Source: Candidatus Bathyarchaeia archaeon
Lineage (GTDB): Archaea; Thermoproteota; Bathyarchaeia; 40CM-2-53-6
Direction of reading: 5' to 3'
NCBI GenBank assembly: GCA_049513715.1
Contig: JBEKVV010000003.1
Span: 1 to 64,000, forward strand
DNA length: 64,000 bases
Below are positions 39,161 to 49,276 of this stretch, piece by piece (position 1 is the stretch's first letter; each line of letters starts with the position of its first letter). The notes under the pieces are model-generated. The model worked only from the letters and a program-made list of their open reading frames with translations. It did no database searches and was not told the DNA's origin. Both the position numbers and the translations under genes were made by a program.

Positions 39161-39505
39161 TCAGGTAGCCATGCTGAAGACTTGTTCTGGCGGCGGCCCT
39201 TCCATCGGTTTGTTGAGGTCGACACCAGTGACTTGTAGGACCTGTTCCTTGAACCAGACTTCGAAAGGTTCCTTTGATTTCGCTAGGATTTCGAACGACT
39301 TCGCCACGTCCGCCGCTTCATAGTAGACCAGAATAAAGGACCCCATGAGCGTTTTCTGAAGGTGCCATGACTCTTTTGTTATCCCAACACGTTTCAAGTA
39401 ATCAGCACACTCCTTTTGACGCACGTCCATGCACGCCTTCGCGAAATCCCTCCCCGCCTGCTCCTTGCCGGGAAGAACTGGAAAAGCACCACAGAAAGAT
39501 TGCAT
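39161..39505 (-). CDS. Hypothetical alpha/beta-barrel-like protein
   Basis: FPVLPGK...GITKESW.LQ...PFEVWFK...TGVDL. Confidence 0.65.
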   Translation of the reverse strand: MQSFCGAFPVLPGKEQAGRDFAKACMDVRQKECADYLKRVGITKESWHLQKTLMGSFILVYYEAADVAKSFEILAKSKEPFEVWFKEQVLQVTGVDLNKPMEGPPPEQVFSMAT

Positions 39506-39594
39506 ACGAATCACAGCAATAATCGAGGTTTTCAATATAAAAAACCTAGTAGGACTCACCCGCGACCTAGCACGTGCGTTAGGTTGTGAAGAAC

Positions 39595-40752
39595 TCAGTC
39601 GCCTATCTCAGAGAGCCGACCATTTGCGGCGGCAACACCCACGCCGTGCGTGAATTTGTATCCCTGTTCTGCGAGGCTGCCCTCGATTGCGGAAATTGTT
39701 GCTAGGATGTCGTTTCGGTTGACGTTGCCCATGTGGCCTACCCTGAAGGCTTTTTGACTCGTTGGGCCAAGGCCGCCCGCTACAACAATCCCGTACTTTC
39801 CGGCCATGGCTTTTCGGAAGTCCCAATCCCGCACGCCTTCTGGATAGTACGATACCGTAAGAGTGTTGGAAGACACGCTCTCATCACATAGGAGACGTAG
39901 GCCGATTGCGCGCATAGCGGCGCGAAACGCCGAAGCCAATCCGCTATGCCTGAAGAACCTCTTGGTGAGTCCTTCTGCGAGGATCATTTTGCAGCTGTCA
40001 TGGAGTGCGTAGATCATGTTCACGGGGTGGGTGGCGAAGTACTTCGTGGGATCCTCCATGATTGGAGCCCACCGTTTCAGGTCGCCATAGTAAGTTCCAA
40101 TTGGAACCTTCCGTTGGTCTCTCGTTTTCAGTGCGTTGGGGCCAAAGGCAACAATCGCCAACCCCGGTGGAATCGCTAACGCCTTTTGTGAACCAGTGAA
40201 ACAAACATCAATCCCCCACGCGTCCATCTGAAGATCCATGCCGCCAAGCGAGCAGACAGCATCAACAACGAAGAGGACCTTCTTCTCTTGAGCGATGGCG
40301 GCGAGTTCGTTCACTGGGTTTGCTGCTCCAGTGGATGTATCAACATGAACAACGAGCAGCGCCTTGTAACCTGCGCCTGAGAGCTTCTGCCGCACCTCAT
40401 CAGGATTCGCTGCAGAACCCCAAGGAACCTGGAGTTTGTCCACGGTGGCTCCTAGGGTCGTTGCGACGTCCGCCAGCCTTTCACCGAAATAGCCGCCACA
40501 AATCACTAAGACTCGATCTCCGGGCTCAAGGATGTTTGCCAACGCAACCTCGGAAGCCAGTGTACCCGTTCCAGCCAAGGGCAAAACAAGGCCGGTCGTT
40601 CCGAAGAGCTGACCTAGGTCCTTCAGGGTTTCTTTGAGTATATTTGCAAAGTCTACGCTAACGTGGGAGAGCGTTGGCCTAGCCAGGGAACCGAGAATCA
40701 GAGGACTTACATTGGTTGGGCCGGGTATCATTAGAAGAGCTCTTTCATCCAT
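39595..40752 (-). CDS. Class V aminotransferase (alanine-glyoxylate/serine-pyruvate)
   Basis: MIPGPT, VDAVCS, GSQKAL..PPG, FRVGHMG. Confidence 0.93.
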   Translation of the reverse strand: MDERALLMIPGPTNVSPLILGSLARPTLSHVSVDFANILKETLKDLGQLFGTTGLVLPLAGTGTLASEVALANILEPGDRVLVICGGYFGERLADVATTLGATVDKLQVPWGSAANPDEVRQKLSGAGYKALLVVHVDTSTGAANPVNELAAIAQEKKVLFVVDAVCSLGGMDLQMDAWGIDVCFTGSQKALAIPPGLAIVAFGPNALKTRDQRKVPIGTYYGDLKRWAPIMEDPTKYFATHPVNMIYALHDSCKMILAEGLTKRFFRHSGLASAFRAAMRAIGLRLLCDESVSSNTLTVSYYPEGVRDWDFRKAMAGKYGIVVAGGLGPTSQKAFRVGHMGNVNRNDILATISAIEGSLAEQGYKFTHGVGVAAANGRLSEIGD

Positions 40753-40927
40753 TCATTCTCACCGCAAACACCGATTACGCGACCGCGTAGCAGCGGAGAC
40801 TAATCTTCCTTCTTGTTCCCCACGCCGAGCGGACAGCCCGATCGGGCTTCTAGGAGATACATGATTCGTTCACATGATTCCTTCATATGCCCTTTATTTG
40901 GCTTGAACCAACTGCTGCCTGATTGCA

Positions 40928-42337
40928 ATGAAACGCCTAATCATACTCGCAGCGTTCCTCCTGACCTTGTCGGTGGGTATGTCAAGGTTTTTTCCGTCTG
41001 CCTCAGCCCAGGCTCCAGTTCCCGCGGAGTATCAGCAACTCTACTCGACTCTCAAGGGAACGTTGGACTCATACAACGCATACCTTGCTACGCTTAGCTC
41101 GCAAGCAAGTTATCCGGTGATCTTCGGCGCTGAGTTGTTGCCCGCGAATGGTAATAGGGGCACGCAATTGCTTGCGCCAACAACCATGCAAGGAGTCATC
41201 GTGAACCTCAACGCGCTCCGGGAGCTTGGTGTTCAAGGCGTGACAATCGCGATAGGTTTCCCGCTGTACACTTCCACCTTTCCAAATCATGATGAGTACG
41301 TTCAGTTCTATGAGCAGGTCGCGCAGGAAGTCAGAAAACGAGGTATGAAGTTGGACATTGAATCAGCAGTGGCATTCGCGAACACCCAATTCTCCACTAT
41401 CACGTTCAATTACGCGGGTATCACGTTCGACGAGTTCGAGGCGCAGGTGAGGCAGATGGTTACGGCGATTTTGCAGGACCTGCAACCTGACTACCTGAAC
41501 CTGGGAGCGGAGCCAGATACTATGGCCAAACTAACCGGGTTCCAGGAATTCAGATCGCCAACTCAGTTTGCGGCGTACGTGAACTTCATACTCGACGGCT
41601 TTCCTAGAGGCAACACGAAAATTGGGGCAGGAGTGGGCACATGGGGCAACCTCGGATACGCACAAACCCTAGCCAACTCCACCGCGCTCGATTTCATCGA
41701 CACACACGTCTACCCGATTGTTGGAACGGCATCACTCCAACAAATAATCACCATCAACAATATCGCGAAACAGCACGGGAAATGGCTGAACCTTGACGAA
41801 GCATGGTTGAGCAAGGTGGACACCCTTCAACCCACCAGCATAGCGGATAATGCAGAGAATTTCAGAAAGGACGTGTACAGTTTCTGGGCTCCCTTGGACC
41901 AAGAGTTTATGGGCACCATAGTGAAAACAGCGCAGCTTGAAGGAATTCAGTACATCTCCCCATTCTGGAGCACGTACTTCTTCGGATACGTCGACTACGA
42001 CCAAAACACCTCGACCATGTCCTACAACGACTTGACAACGCTCGACAACAGGATCGCCGCCCAAAACCTGCAGGCCGACACTTTCACAACGACCGGCAGG
42101 TTCTATGGCTCATTGGCAACGGGCACGACCCTATTAACAAGCACCACCACGCAAGAGATGCAAAGCTCAACTAGCAGCACAAGCAAGAAGCCTGCAATTC
42201 CAGCCTTCCCAATCGAAGCTATCTTGATTGGAGTTGTCGTTGGTGTGGTGGCAATAGTTCTGCTTCGACGGCGCTCAGCTTGGATCCCAAAGGCGAAAAT
42301 TAAGCTAGACTCTCTGGCATGCGTTGCTGTTGGTTAG
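40928..42337 (+). CDS. Secreted TIM-barrel glycoside-hydrolase-like protein with C-terminal anchor
   Basis: Signal peptide, LGAEPD, DTHVYP, LDEAW, Thr/Ser linker, IPAF-TM-RRR. Confidence 0.7.
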   Translation: MKRLIILAAFLLTLSVGMSRFFPSASAQAPVPAEYQQLYSTLKGTLDSYNAYLATLSSQASYPVIFGAELLPANGNRGTQLLAPTTMQGVIVNLNALRELGVQGVTIAIGFPLYTSTFPNHDEYVQFYEQVAQEVRKRGMKLDIESAVAFANTQFSTITFNYAGITFDEFEAQVRQMVTAILQDLQPDYLNLGAEPDTMAKLTGFQEFRSPTQFAAYVNFILDGFPRGNTKIGAGVGTWGNLGYAQTLANSTALDFIDTHVYPIVGTASLQQIITINNIAKQHGKWLNLDEAWLSKVDTLQPTSIADNAENFRKDVYSFWAPLDQEFMGTIVKTAQLEGIQYISPFWSTYFFGYVDYDQNTSTMSYNDLTTLDNRIAAQNLQADTFTTTGRFYGSLATGTTLLTSTTTQEMQSSTSSTSKKPAIPAFPIEAILIGVVVGVVAIVLLRRRSAWIPKAKIKLDSLACVAVG

Positions 42338-42338
42338 T

Positions 42339-42818
42339 ATGGATCGTAGATTGGTCGGCATCGTCTTGGTGGCTATTTTCCTTAGAGTCATCTCAACCGT
42401 TTTGAATGCTTGGAACCCCATCCCTCCTATCAACAACCCAATCGGGCAGCCTTCTGAGATTCCTTTGTGGTGGTCGGCCGCCAACTTTGGACTATTCGTC
42501 TTAGGGCTCGTCGTATCCGTGGTTTTGCTCTTCGGGGTCGTCTACTGGCTTAGCAGAGCTTTGGTTGCGAAGATTTCACTGATTGTGATTTCATTGGCCA
42601 TAGCTGCTGGCATCGCCGCCATCATAACGCCCTTCGTTTCGAACCTCGTTCAATTGGGCGTCTTAATTCCACAAGACCCTGCGGATCCCAGAACGCAGCT
42701 CTTCTGGCGTTTTCTTCCCCAGGCTGTGGTTTCAGGGTTTGTGAACGTGTTCCTTCTTACTCTAGGAGCAGTAGCGCTTCCTAAACTAATCAACTCGCCA
42801 GCCGCAAGAACTCCATGA
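42339..42818 (+). CDS. Four-TM membrane protein
   Basis: Hydrophobic ORF directly after the previous stop. Confidence 0.65.
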   Translation: MDRRLVGIVLVAIFLRVISTVLNAWNPIPPINNPIGQPSEIPLWWSAANFGLFVLGLVVSVVLLFGVVYWLSRALVAKISLIVISLAIAAGIAAIITPFVSNLVQLGVLIPQDPADPRTQLFWRFLPQAVVSGFVNVFLLTLGAVALPKLINSPAARTP

Positions 42819-42880
42819 CTTGATGCGATCGGTCATGTGGTTGAGTAAAGGATTATTGGTTACGTAGCCCGCGTGCCACG

Positions 42881-43924
42881 TTAGGTTAGTGCCACTACTC
42901 TGATTGGATTTTCCGAGCTGTCTTCTAGTATCTTGAAACCGCTGTTGATGTCTTCAAGCCTCACTCTATGTGTGACTGACCGCGAAAGATCTAGCTTTCT
43001 GGAATGAACTAGCTTAACCAGTTGAACGAGTTCTGTTTTCAAGTGGTCGTCTACGCCTATGATTTCCATTTCTTTTCCGATTATCGTTTTGTAGGGTGAG
43101 ATTTGCATTGATTTTGCGCCTATACCCACCAGCGCGAATCTTCCTCCTTTCCCTACGCAGTCGATACCTTGGCCTATTGTTTGATTCACGCCCACGAAAT
43201 CCAAGACCACGTCAGCGAGTTTTCCATCAGTGATCCTATGGACGGCTTTTACAACGTCCTGAGTTGAAGGGTTTACAGTTTCCCTTGCTCCGACCCGTTT
43301 CGCTTCCTTTAGTTTCCGAGTAGCTAGGTCGATGCCTACTACTGTTCCGGCTTTGAAGATTTTTGCAGCCAGTTGGACAGCATGTATTCCTAAACCACCA
43401 ACCCCGAAGACTACCACGGTGTCTCCCGGCCGTACTCGTGCTCTTCTTAGGGCATGGTAGGCTGTGGGAACGGCGCAGCCCATTACAGCGCCTTGGTCGA
43501 ACGGTATCGACTCAGGTAATTTCACGATGCTTCTTGCAGGTACGCGGACGTATTCGGCGAAACCGCCATCAACGTCCTTCCCAACCATCTGATACTTGAC
43601 GCAATAATTCTCTTGGTTGGCGCTACAATGTGCGCATCTTCCACAGCTTACGATGTAATGAACCAGAACCCGATCCCCTACTCGTAGGCCTTTGACTTTT
43701 CTTCCCGTTTTCGCCACGGTTCCAGCGATCTCATGCCCCAGAGTGAGTGGCAGCTTTCCAACGGGGGCGACACCTTTTCGGTAATTGATGTCCGAGTGAC
43801 AAATCCCCGCAGCTCTCACTCGTACCAGAACATCTACCGGGAGGATAACTGGGACAGGGATACGGTCTATGATGAGCTTTCTACCAATCCGCTGCAACCT
43901 AGCTGCGTTCATCGAGTCTGACAT
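42881..43924 (-). CDS. Zn-dependent alcohol dehydrogenase (MDR)
   Basis: GICHSD, GHE, CGRCAHC...C, GVGGLG. Confidence 0.95.
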   Translation of the reverse strand: MSDSMNAARLQRIGRKLIIDRIPVPVILPVDVLVRVRAAGICHSDINYRKGVAPVGKLPLTLGHEIAGTVAKTGRKVKGLRVGDRVLVHYIVSCGRCAHCSANQENYCVKYQMVGKDVDGGFAEYVRVPARSIVKLPESIPFDQGAVMGCAVPTAYHALRRARVRPGDTVVVFGVGGLGIHAVQLAAKIFKAGTVVGIDLATRKLKEAKRVGARETVNPSTQDVVKAVHRITDGKLADVVLDFVGVNQTIGQGIDCVGKGGRFALVGIGAKSMQISPYKTIIGKEMEIIGVDDHLKTELVQLVKLVHSRKLDLSRSVTHRVRLEDINSGFKILEDSSENPIRVVALT

Positions 43925-44248
43925 GGCAACAGTGCACGTTCGTCACAATCCGCACGCTCAGTATTATCATCACTGACGAAATAACAACGACAGACATCAC
44001 TTCACTGGACCCTATAAGTAGTGAAGCCGGTGCGGCCACTCAACGAATGTAGCGTGCCCCAAACGATTCATCCAAGCTCTATAGTGTGGCCTTCTGCAGT
44101 CGGCAACGGTTTCTGCCCCTTGTGAATGATCGAATGTCACTATTACGATGATCTCCGTTAGAGATTCTCGCGTGCCTTTTTAGTTTCTGGTAAATCATTA
44201 CCCAAAACCTAAAATCCAAACGTGCGACCATATAATAGCTGAAGAGCA

Positions 44249-44542
44249 TTGGTCACAGGTGTGGTTCTTGCGGGATTATCGGTCATTGGAATCGGTGCCC
44301 TTCTGATCGTTGTTGGCCTCGTTCTATTAGTCCAGGCTATCTTGGCAGCCGAAAATAGCCTTCGCGCGCAAGCTGCAGGAGTGGAAAAGAAGGGCGTACT
44401 AGGTGATGCCGCAGACCTAGTGAAGGCACTAAATGAGTTGATAAAAACTGTAGGCGTTGCACGAGGTGTGCCCCTAGCCGTCATAATTCTTGGGTTAATC
44501 CTAATCGTGATCGGAACGGGAATGCTTGCTGCGTCTGGCTAG
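44249..44542 (+). CDS. Small two-TM protein
   Basis: Two hydrophobic segments; start uncertain. Confidence 0.55.
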   Translation: MVTGVVLAGLSVIGIGALLIVVGLVLLVQAILAAENSLRAQAAGVEKKGVLGDAADLVKALNELIKTVGVARGVPLAVIILGLILIVIGTGMLAASG

Positions 44543-44653
44543 CAAGTATCATTGATAGTATCTTCAGTTGTAGATTTGCCGGAGTTCATTGCATAATAGG
44601 CGTCCCGTGGTGATTTTTCCTAGAGCGCCACACGCGCTGAGGCTGCAGGAATG

Positions 44654-44785
44654 TGGCGGGCCCGCGGGGATTCGAACCCCGGACCCCAGGCGTCTCCCGC
44701 TCATTGTGGTTTGAGCGTTTAGAGGGCCTGTGCTATAGACGCCCATTAACCCGTACCGGCACTATCCAGACTGAGCTACGGGCCC
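44654..44785 (-). tRNA. tRNA-Arg(UCU) with two 27-nt introns (44735-44761 at 22/23; 44692-44718 at 38/39)
   Basis: GGGCCCG acceptor stem, GCTC/GAGC D-stem after splicing, CAGGC/GCCTG anticodon stem, GTTCGAATC T-loop, A20, G73, encoded CCA; BHB-like pairings. Confidence 0.88.
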
Positions 44786-44847
44786 GACCGCCAACAGTAC
44801 AAACGATTCTTCCTTAAAACTATCGAGCGACAGGCGCTAATCCAAAA

Positions 44848-45084
44848 TCAGTACCTGAACACGTCTCTGTTATTCGCGGAGCTTCGAGGGCTATGCCGAA
44901 GTAGCAGGCCGCAGTTGGGGCACCTGAGTAAATCCTTCTGGAACGTCTCAGCGCATCTGCAACAATAAGCCACATGGTCATAATCGACTCGCTTAGGAAT
45001 TCGAACCTGACGGCGCACCGAATCTAGGATTTCTGTACGATCCGTCAGCGACTGATGTGCCAGCGTTTCTTCACTAGCTCTCAT
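44848..45084 (-). CDS. Small Zn-ribbon protein
   Basis: YCCRC...RCPNCG..LRHSPR. Confidence 0.7.
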   Translation of the reverse strand: MRASEETLAHQSLTDRTEILDSVRRQVRIPKRVDYDHVAYCCRCAETFQKDLLRCPNCGLLLRHSPRSSANNRDVFRY

Positions 45085-45147
45085 TTTGGTAACTTCCGTC
45101 GTGTGCGGCCCCCCATCTCACATAAAAACAGAACCTCGATTTGAAAA

Positions 45148-46380
45148 GTGGTAATTCCCAAGAGTGAAAACGGCCCCCCGCACAAATCAACCGAGCCACA
45201 ACAAGCTTCGCGCCCGCGGTTATCCTTGAAGATTGGTAAATCGAAAGCAACTTTCTCGCCACTGCTGACTATTGGGCACGCTGTGAACGATACTTACGGG
45301 AACATGCTGTCAGGTCTCTTACCAGTCCTCACCGTGGTCTTCTCCCTCTCGTACCTTCTAGCGGGTGTGGTGGCGATGGTTTACAACATTACGTCATCAA
45401 TTCTCCAACCCCTGCTGGGCCGTTGGTTCGACCGGACACAAACCACCTGGCTCCTAGAGGCGGGGTTAGTTGTGAATTGCGTCGGCATGAGCCTCGTTGG
45501 ATTATCCCCGAGCTACGTAATCCTCCTCTTCCTCATCGGAACCGCCGGCTTAGGATCCGCGGCCTTTCACCCCCCAGCATTCTCGTCTGTAATCAAATCT
45601 GGGGCCGGCTCGAAAGCCGGGGCATTGGGCATATTCCTATCAGGTGGAAACTTGGGTTTCTTCCTAGGCCCCGTTGCAGCAGGCATCCTAGTATCCTACT
45701 ACGGCCTGCCTGGAACAATGCTGCTGCTCCCAGTGGGGTTAGTGGTTGCAGTGTTGCTCCTGAAATTCCGAAAGCCGAAAGTAACCCCTGAAACCCAAGC
45801 AACTGAAGTTGGTGGGCCGGCAAACATTCGCTTAGTGGCCTTGCTCGCAGCAATCACAGCCTTCCGCACCACGACCATCTCATCAGTTTCCACGTTTCTC
45901 CCAATGTACTTCGTCACCAGAGGCGACACGCTCATCTTAGCCACGACAATCGCTTCGATCTGGTTAGGCGTAGGAATCTTAGGCCAACTTGGGGGAGGCT
46001 TCCTCTCCGACCGAATTGGAAGGCGCCCGGTGATTGCTGCATCCCTCATGCTCGGCTCACTCGCGTTCTACGGATTCCTAGCAACCAGCAGTTGGTTGTC
46101 AGCTATCCTTCTAATCGCCTCGGGCATACTCATCTACGCAAACTGGTCGGTCATCGTAGCAATGTCATCTGAGGCAGCACCCAGGCACATTGGCACCGTG
46201 TCAGGTTTCATGCTTGGGTTCTCAATAGGAGTCGGAGGCATCGCCGCTCTTGGTTTCGGGGCCGTAGCCGACCACTTCGGCCTCCACTACGCCCTGGTGT
46301 TCTTCGACGCATTCGCACTCGTGGGTGGCGCTGTGGCACTGCTGCTGCCCGCGCGAATACTCAAGACCACACCTAGCTAG
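45148..46380 (+). CDS. MFS transporter (Fsr-like)
   Basis: HAVNDTY, QPLLG..FDR, AAFHP, LSDRIGRR. Confidence 0.92.
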   Translation: MVIPKSENGPPHKSTEPQQASRPRLSLKIGKSKATFSPLLTIGHAVNDTYGNMLSGLLPVLTVVFSLSYLLAGVVAMVYNITSSILQPLLGRWFDRTQTTWLLEAGLVVNCVGMSLVGLSPSYVILLFLIGTAGLGSAAFHPPAFSSVIKSGAGSKAGALGIFLSGGNLGFFLGPVAAGILVSYYGLPGTMLLLPVGLVVAVLLLKFRKPKVTPETQATEVGGPANIRLVALLAAITAFRTTTISSVSTFLPMYFVTRGDTLILATTIASIWLGVGILGQLGGGFLSDRIGRRPVIAASLMLGSLAFYGFLATSSWLSAILLIASGILIYANWSVIVAMSSEAAPRHIGTVSGFMLGFSIGVGGIAALGFGAVADHFGLHYALVFFDAFALVGGAVALLLPARILKTTPS

Positions 46381-46387
46381 GCTCAAT

Positions 46388-49270
46388 CTATTCGACGAAT
46401 ATTGCGGCTCGGTACGGCTCAGCCATCTTCGCTCTACCTTTCGGATCGTACAGCGCAGCATCCTCCTCTCCATGCGCTTCAACTCCGATTTTCAGCTCCC
46501 TCTCGAAGAAAACTTGAGCTTCCCGCAGGGCTTTCGGCTCATCGAGCTCGCCGCCTTCCATCCTTCGCGCTCGCAAGTCTGCAGGCATAGTCCTAACTTG
46601 CTTGATGATTTTGGCGGCGAACTTCGGCAAGTCCTTTGGCGTAGGAGACTTTGCCGCGATCATCTCGCGAATCAGGCCATCCAATGTTTCAGGATGGGAC
46701 TGAGCACGTCTTAGGGCTTCAGTGTACACGCGCCACTTCCATTTCGCGGCTGTGTAGTAGTGAACCTTCTTTGGCGTAATCCTGGTTGTTGCGATGATTT
46801 CCTGAGTGTCCGCGAGCGTTGCCTCAACTAACTCCTCCAGCTGGTCAGGTTGGGGGTCGACTTTGGCTTCCTTAAAGCGAGGCCATTCAGCCTGAGCGAT
46901 GAACCCTTTTTCCCCTAACGCATGCCAAGCCTCTTCGGCGATGTGTGGTCCAAATGGTGTCAGAAGCCTAGTCCAAGCTGAGACAAACGCCTTGACTGTT
47001 GCGGAGTCGGGTTTTGTTACGCGCCGCTCATACCAACGTAAATCATTCCATAGATCATACAGTGCAACGGAGAGCGCTGTTCGGGTCTTCAGATGCTCCA
47101 TTGCTTCGGAGACGACTTTGGTTTTCGAGTTGATTCTGCCAACCAACCAGCTTTCCAAGTGGCCGTTCTTGGATTCACCCTCAGACGCTGCAGCATCCTG
47201 AACTAGGCGCAAGAACGCTTCTAGCCGGCCTTTGATGTCACGAACGTTCTCAGAGCGCCAATCAGGGTCATCCATACCCTCCGCGGCGAGTAGGCTTGTG
47301 CAGCGCACCGCATCCGCTCCACTGTCTTCGCAGGCTTTCCAGAGCGGGATGAAGTTGCCCAGCGACTTGTGAATCGCCCTGCCTTCCAGCAACATGAACC
47401 CGTTGACCCCGATGGCCTTCGGCCAAAACTTCCGCTCAAAGAGGGCCACATGGTGGAAAATGAAGAAAGTCAAATGATTTCCAACCAAGTCCTTGCCAGA
47501 GTTCCTTAGGTCAACTGGGTACCAGTAGAGGAACTCGTCCCGGATTTTCTTCAGAAGCCCCGTGCCAATCCCTGCTTGTTTCTCCAGTTGCCCGGGGTTC
47601 CCCGTTCCATAGAATATGAAATCGAAGATCTCGGGGATCAGTTGCTGCGCCTTGACTAGGCCTGCGTTGACGAACTTGCTGACCATGTAGTAGGCCATGT
47701 AGATCGTTGAATCGCTTAGAGTTTCCACGATCCAGTCAGGGCTCCATGGCAGCGGTGTGCCCAAGCCGGTCTTTCGGGCGCAAGGCCAGTCGTGCAACCA
47801 ATCGATTATTCCGTCAAACCAGCCCCTCGCTTCTTCAGGGTAGAAGGACATCTTCGAGACCGCATCATGAGCTCGCCCCTTCCACTCCGGGTCGGAGTAC
47901 TTCAGAAACCACTGGCCTTCCACAACCTTGGCAACACATTCGGTTGTGCAGCGGCAGACCACACGTTGTGGGAGTTCATACATGACGTCGGCTATGCCTT
48001 TCTTTCGATAATCGCTGACCAGGGATTGCTTAACGTCCGCAACTTTCTGCTTGGAGTAAGGTCCACAATTGTCTTTCAGAATTCCACCATGGAATTCTGC
48101 TCTGTAGATTTCTTTGGTGGCTTCGTCAGCTTTGGGATCATTCTGGTCCTTGATGTGCATGCGGTCAACAATCTCTAACGCAGGAAAGTCGCCGTAACCC
48201 TCCACTGAGATGACTGAGATGGGCTGAATTCCCGCCATGTCCTGTGGGCTAATGGAGAACTTCTCCAATGTTGACGGACTTCTCTGCACGTCCCTCAAAG
48301 CTAGCCAATCGAACGGCGCATGAGCTGGGACACTGTAAACCAACCCGGTTGCGTTCTCAGTGTTTACGAAGCTTCCGGGTAGGATTAGGAGTTGTCTGCT
48401 TTGGACGGCGTCGGTGCAGCGTTTGCCGATTAACTCAGCGCCCTTCAATTCCCGAACTACAGTGACTTGTTTCACTTGGTTCTGGAGCTTCGCGGACGCG
48501 GTCTTGCTGATGATCCACCGTTCATCGTTCACCTGCGCTTCCACATAATCGCCGTCCGGATTCACCCAGAGGTTCGTAACCCCGTAGATGGTCTCGGGCC
48601 TGAAGGTCGCGCATGGCAGGAACGTGTTGCCCATCTTGAACTTCATTAGGATGAATTCTTCAGGCCTAACACCTTCACCCTGCAACCTGTCCGCGTCACC
48701 TGTTGGGCTTTCGTCCTTTGGGCACCAGACGACTGGGTGTGTTCCTTTGATTACGTACCCTTTCTCCCGCAGCCTCAGGTACTGCCATGTGACGAACTGG
48801 TTGAACGCCGGGTTGAGTGAGCTCGTGTGGAATTCCCTGCGCCAATCAATCGACATTCCCAGCCGTTTGATGGCGTCTCGGTTGGCGTCTGTGTAGTACT
48901 TCGCCATGTAGACTGGGTCAACGAACTTCTTCAGGTCCTCCTCCGAAACTCCGTCCACTTCCCTGATGGGACGGATGAAGTCCTCGTCACCATTCTTGAT
49001 GCGTTCCGCCGCGCCCGCGACCGTTTTGCCCGTCCAATGCCAAGCCCACGGGTAGAGTACGTTGAATCCGCGCATCCGCATGTAACGCGCGTAGGCGTCG
49101 ATCCGTGCGGCTGTGAAACCGCTGCCAACATGCAGGGGGCCGCTCATGTACGCGAAAGGAAAAGTTACGAAGCATTTGGGCCGGGAGGGGTCGGGGTCGG
49201 ATTCGAATATCTTGGCTTTGGCCCATTCATTCTGCCATTTCTCATCGATCTGTTTCCAATCTAAGGGCAC
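46388..49270 (-). CDS. leuS: Leucine--tRNA ligase (archaeal)
   Basis: YMSGPLHVG, TFRPET, SVPAHAP, LSDSTIY, GKDL..NHL, KAEP.R-type C-terminus. Confidence 0.97.
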   Translation of the reverse strand: MPLDWKQIDEKWQNEWAKAKIFESDPDPSRPKCFVTFPFAYMSGPLHVGSGFTAARIDAYARYMRMRGFNVLYPWAWHWTGKTVAGAAERIKNGDEDFIRPIREVDGVSEEDLKKFVDPVYMAKYYTDANRDAIKRLGMSIDWRREFHTSSLNPAFNQFVTWQYLRLREKGYVIKGTHPVVWCPKDESPTGDADRLQGEGVRPEEFILMKFKMGNTFLPCATFRPETIYGVTNLWVNPDGDYVEAQVNDERWIISKTASAKLQNQVKQVTVVRELKGAELIGKRCTDAVQSRQLLILPGSFVNTENATGLVYSVPAHAPFDWLALRDVQRSPSTLEKFSISPQDMAGIQPISVISVEGYGDFPALEIVDRMHIKDQNDPKADEATKEIYRAEFHGGILKDNCGPYSKQKVADVKQSLVSDYRKKGIADVMYELPQRVVCRCTTECVAKVVEGQWFLKYSDPEWKGRAHDAVSKMSFYPEEARGWFDGIIDWLHDWPCARKTGLGTPLPWSPDWIVETLSDSTIYMAYYMVSKFVNAGLVKAQQLIPEIFDFIFYGTGNPGQLEKQAGIGTGLLKKIRDEFLYWYPVDLRNSGKDLVGNHLTFFIFHHVALFERKFWPKAIGVNGFMLLEGRAIHKSLGNFIPLWKACEDSGADAVRCTSLLAAEGMDDPDWRSENVRDIKGRLEAFLRLVQDAAASEGESKNGHLESWLVGRINSKTKVVSEAMEHLKTRTALSVALYDLWNDLRWYERRVTKPDSATVKAFVSAWTRLLTPFGPHIAEEAWHALGEKGFIAQAEWPRFKEAKVDPQPDQLEELVEATLADTQEIIATTRITPKKVHYYTAAKWKWRVYTEALRRAQSHPETLDGLIREMIAAKSPTPKDLPKFAAKIIKQVRTMPADLRARRMEGGELDEPKALREAQVFFERELKIGVEAHGEEDAALYDPKGRAKMAEPYRAAIFVE

Positions 49271-49276
49271 GTGTGA

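Noticed and set aside
43915..43975. Box C/D sRNA candidate (minus strand GTGATGA...CGGA..GTGACGA)
   Set aside because: No CTGA D box at the expected distance
44000..44653. Integrated element at the tRNA-Arg 3' end
   Set aside because: No integrase and no duplicated tRNA fragment seen in the window
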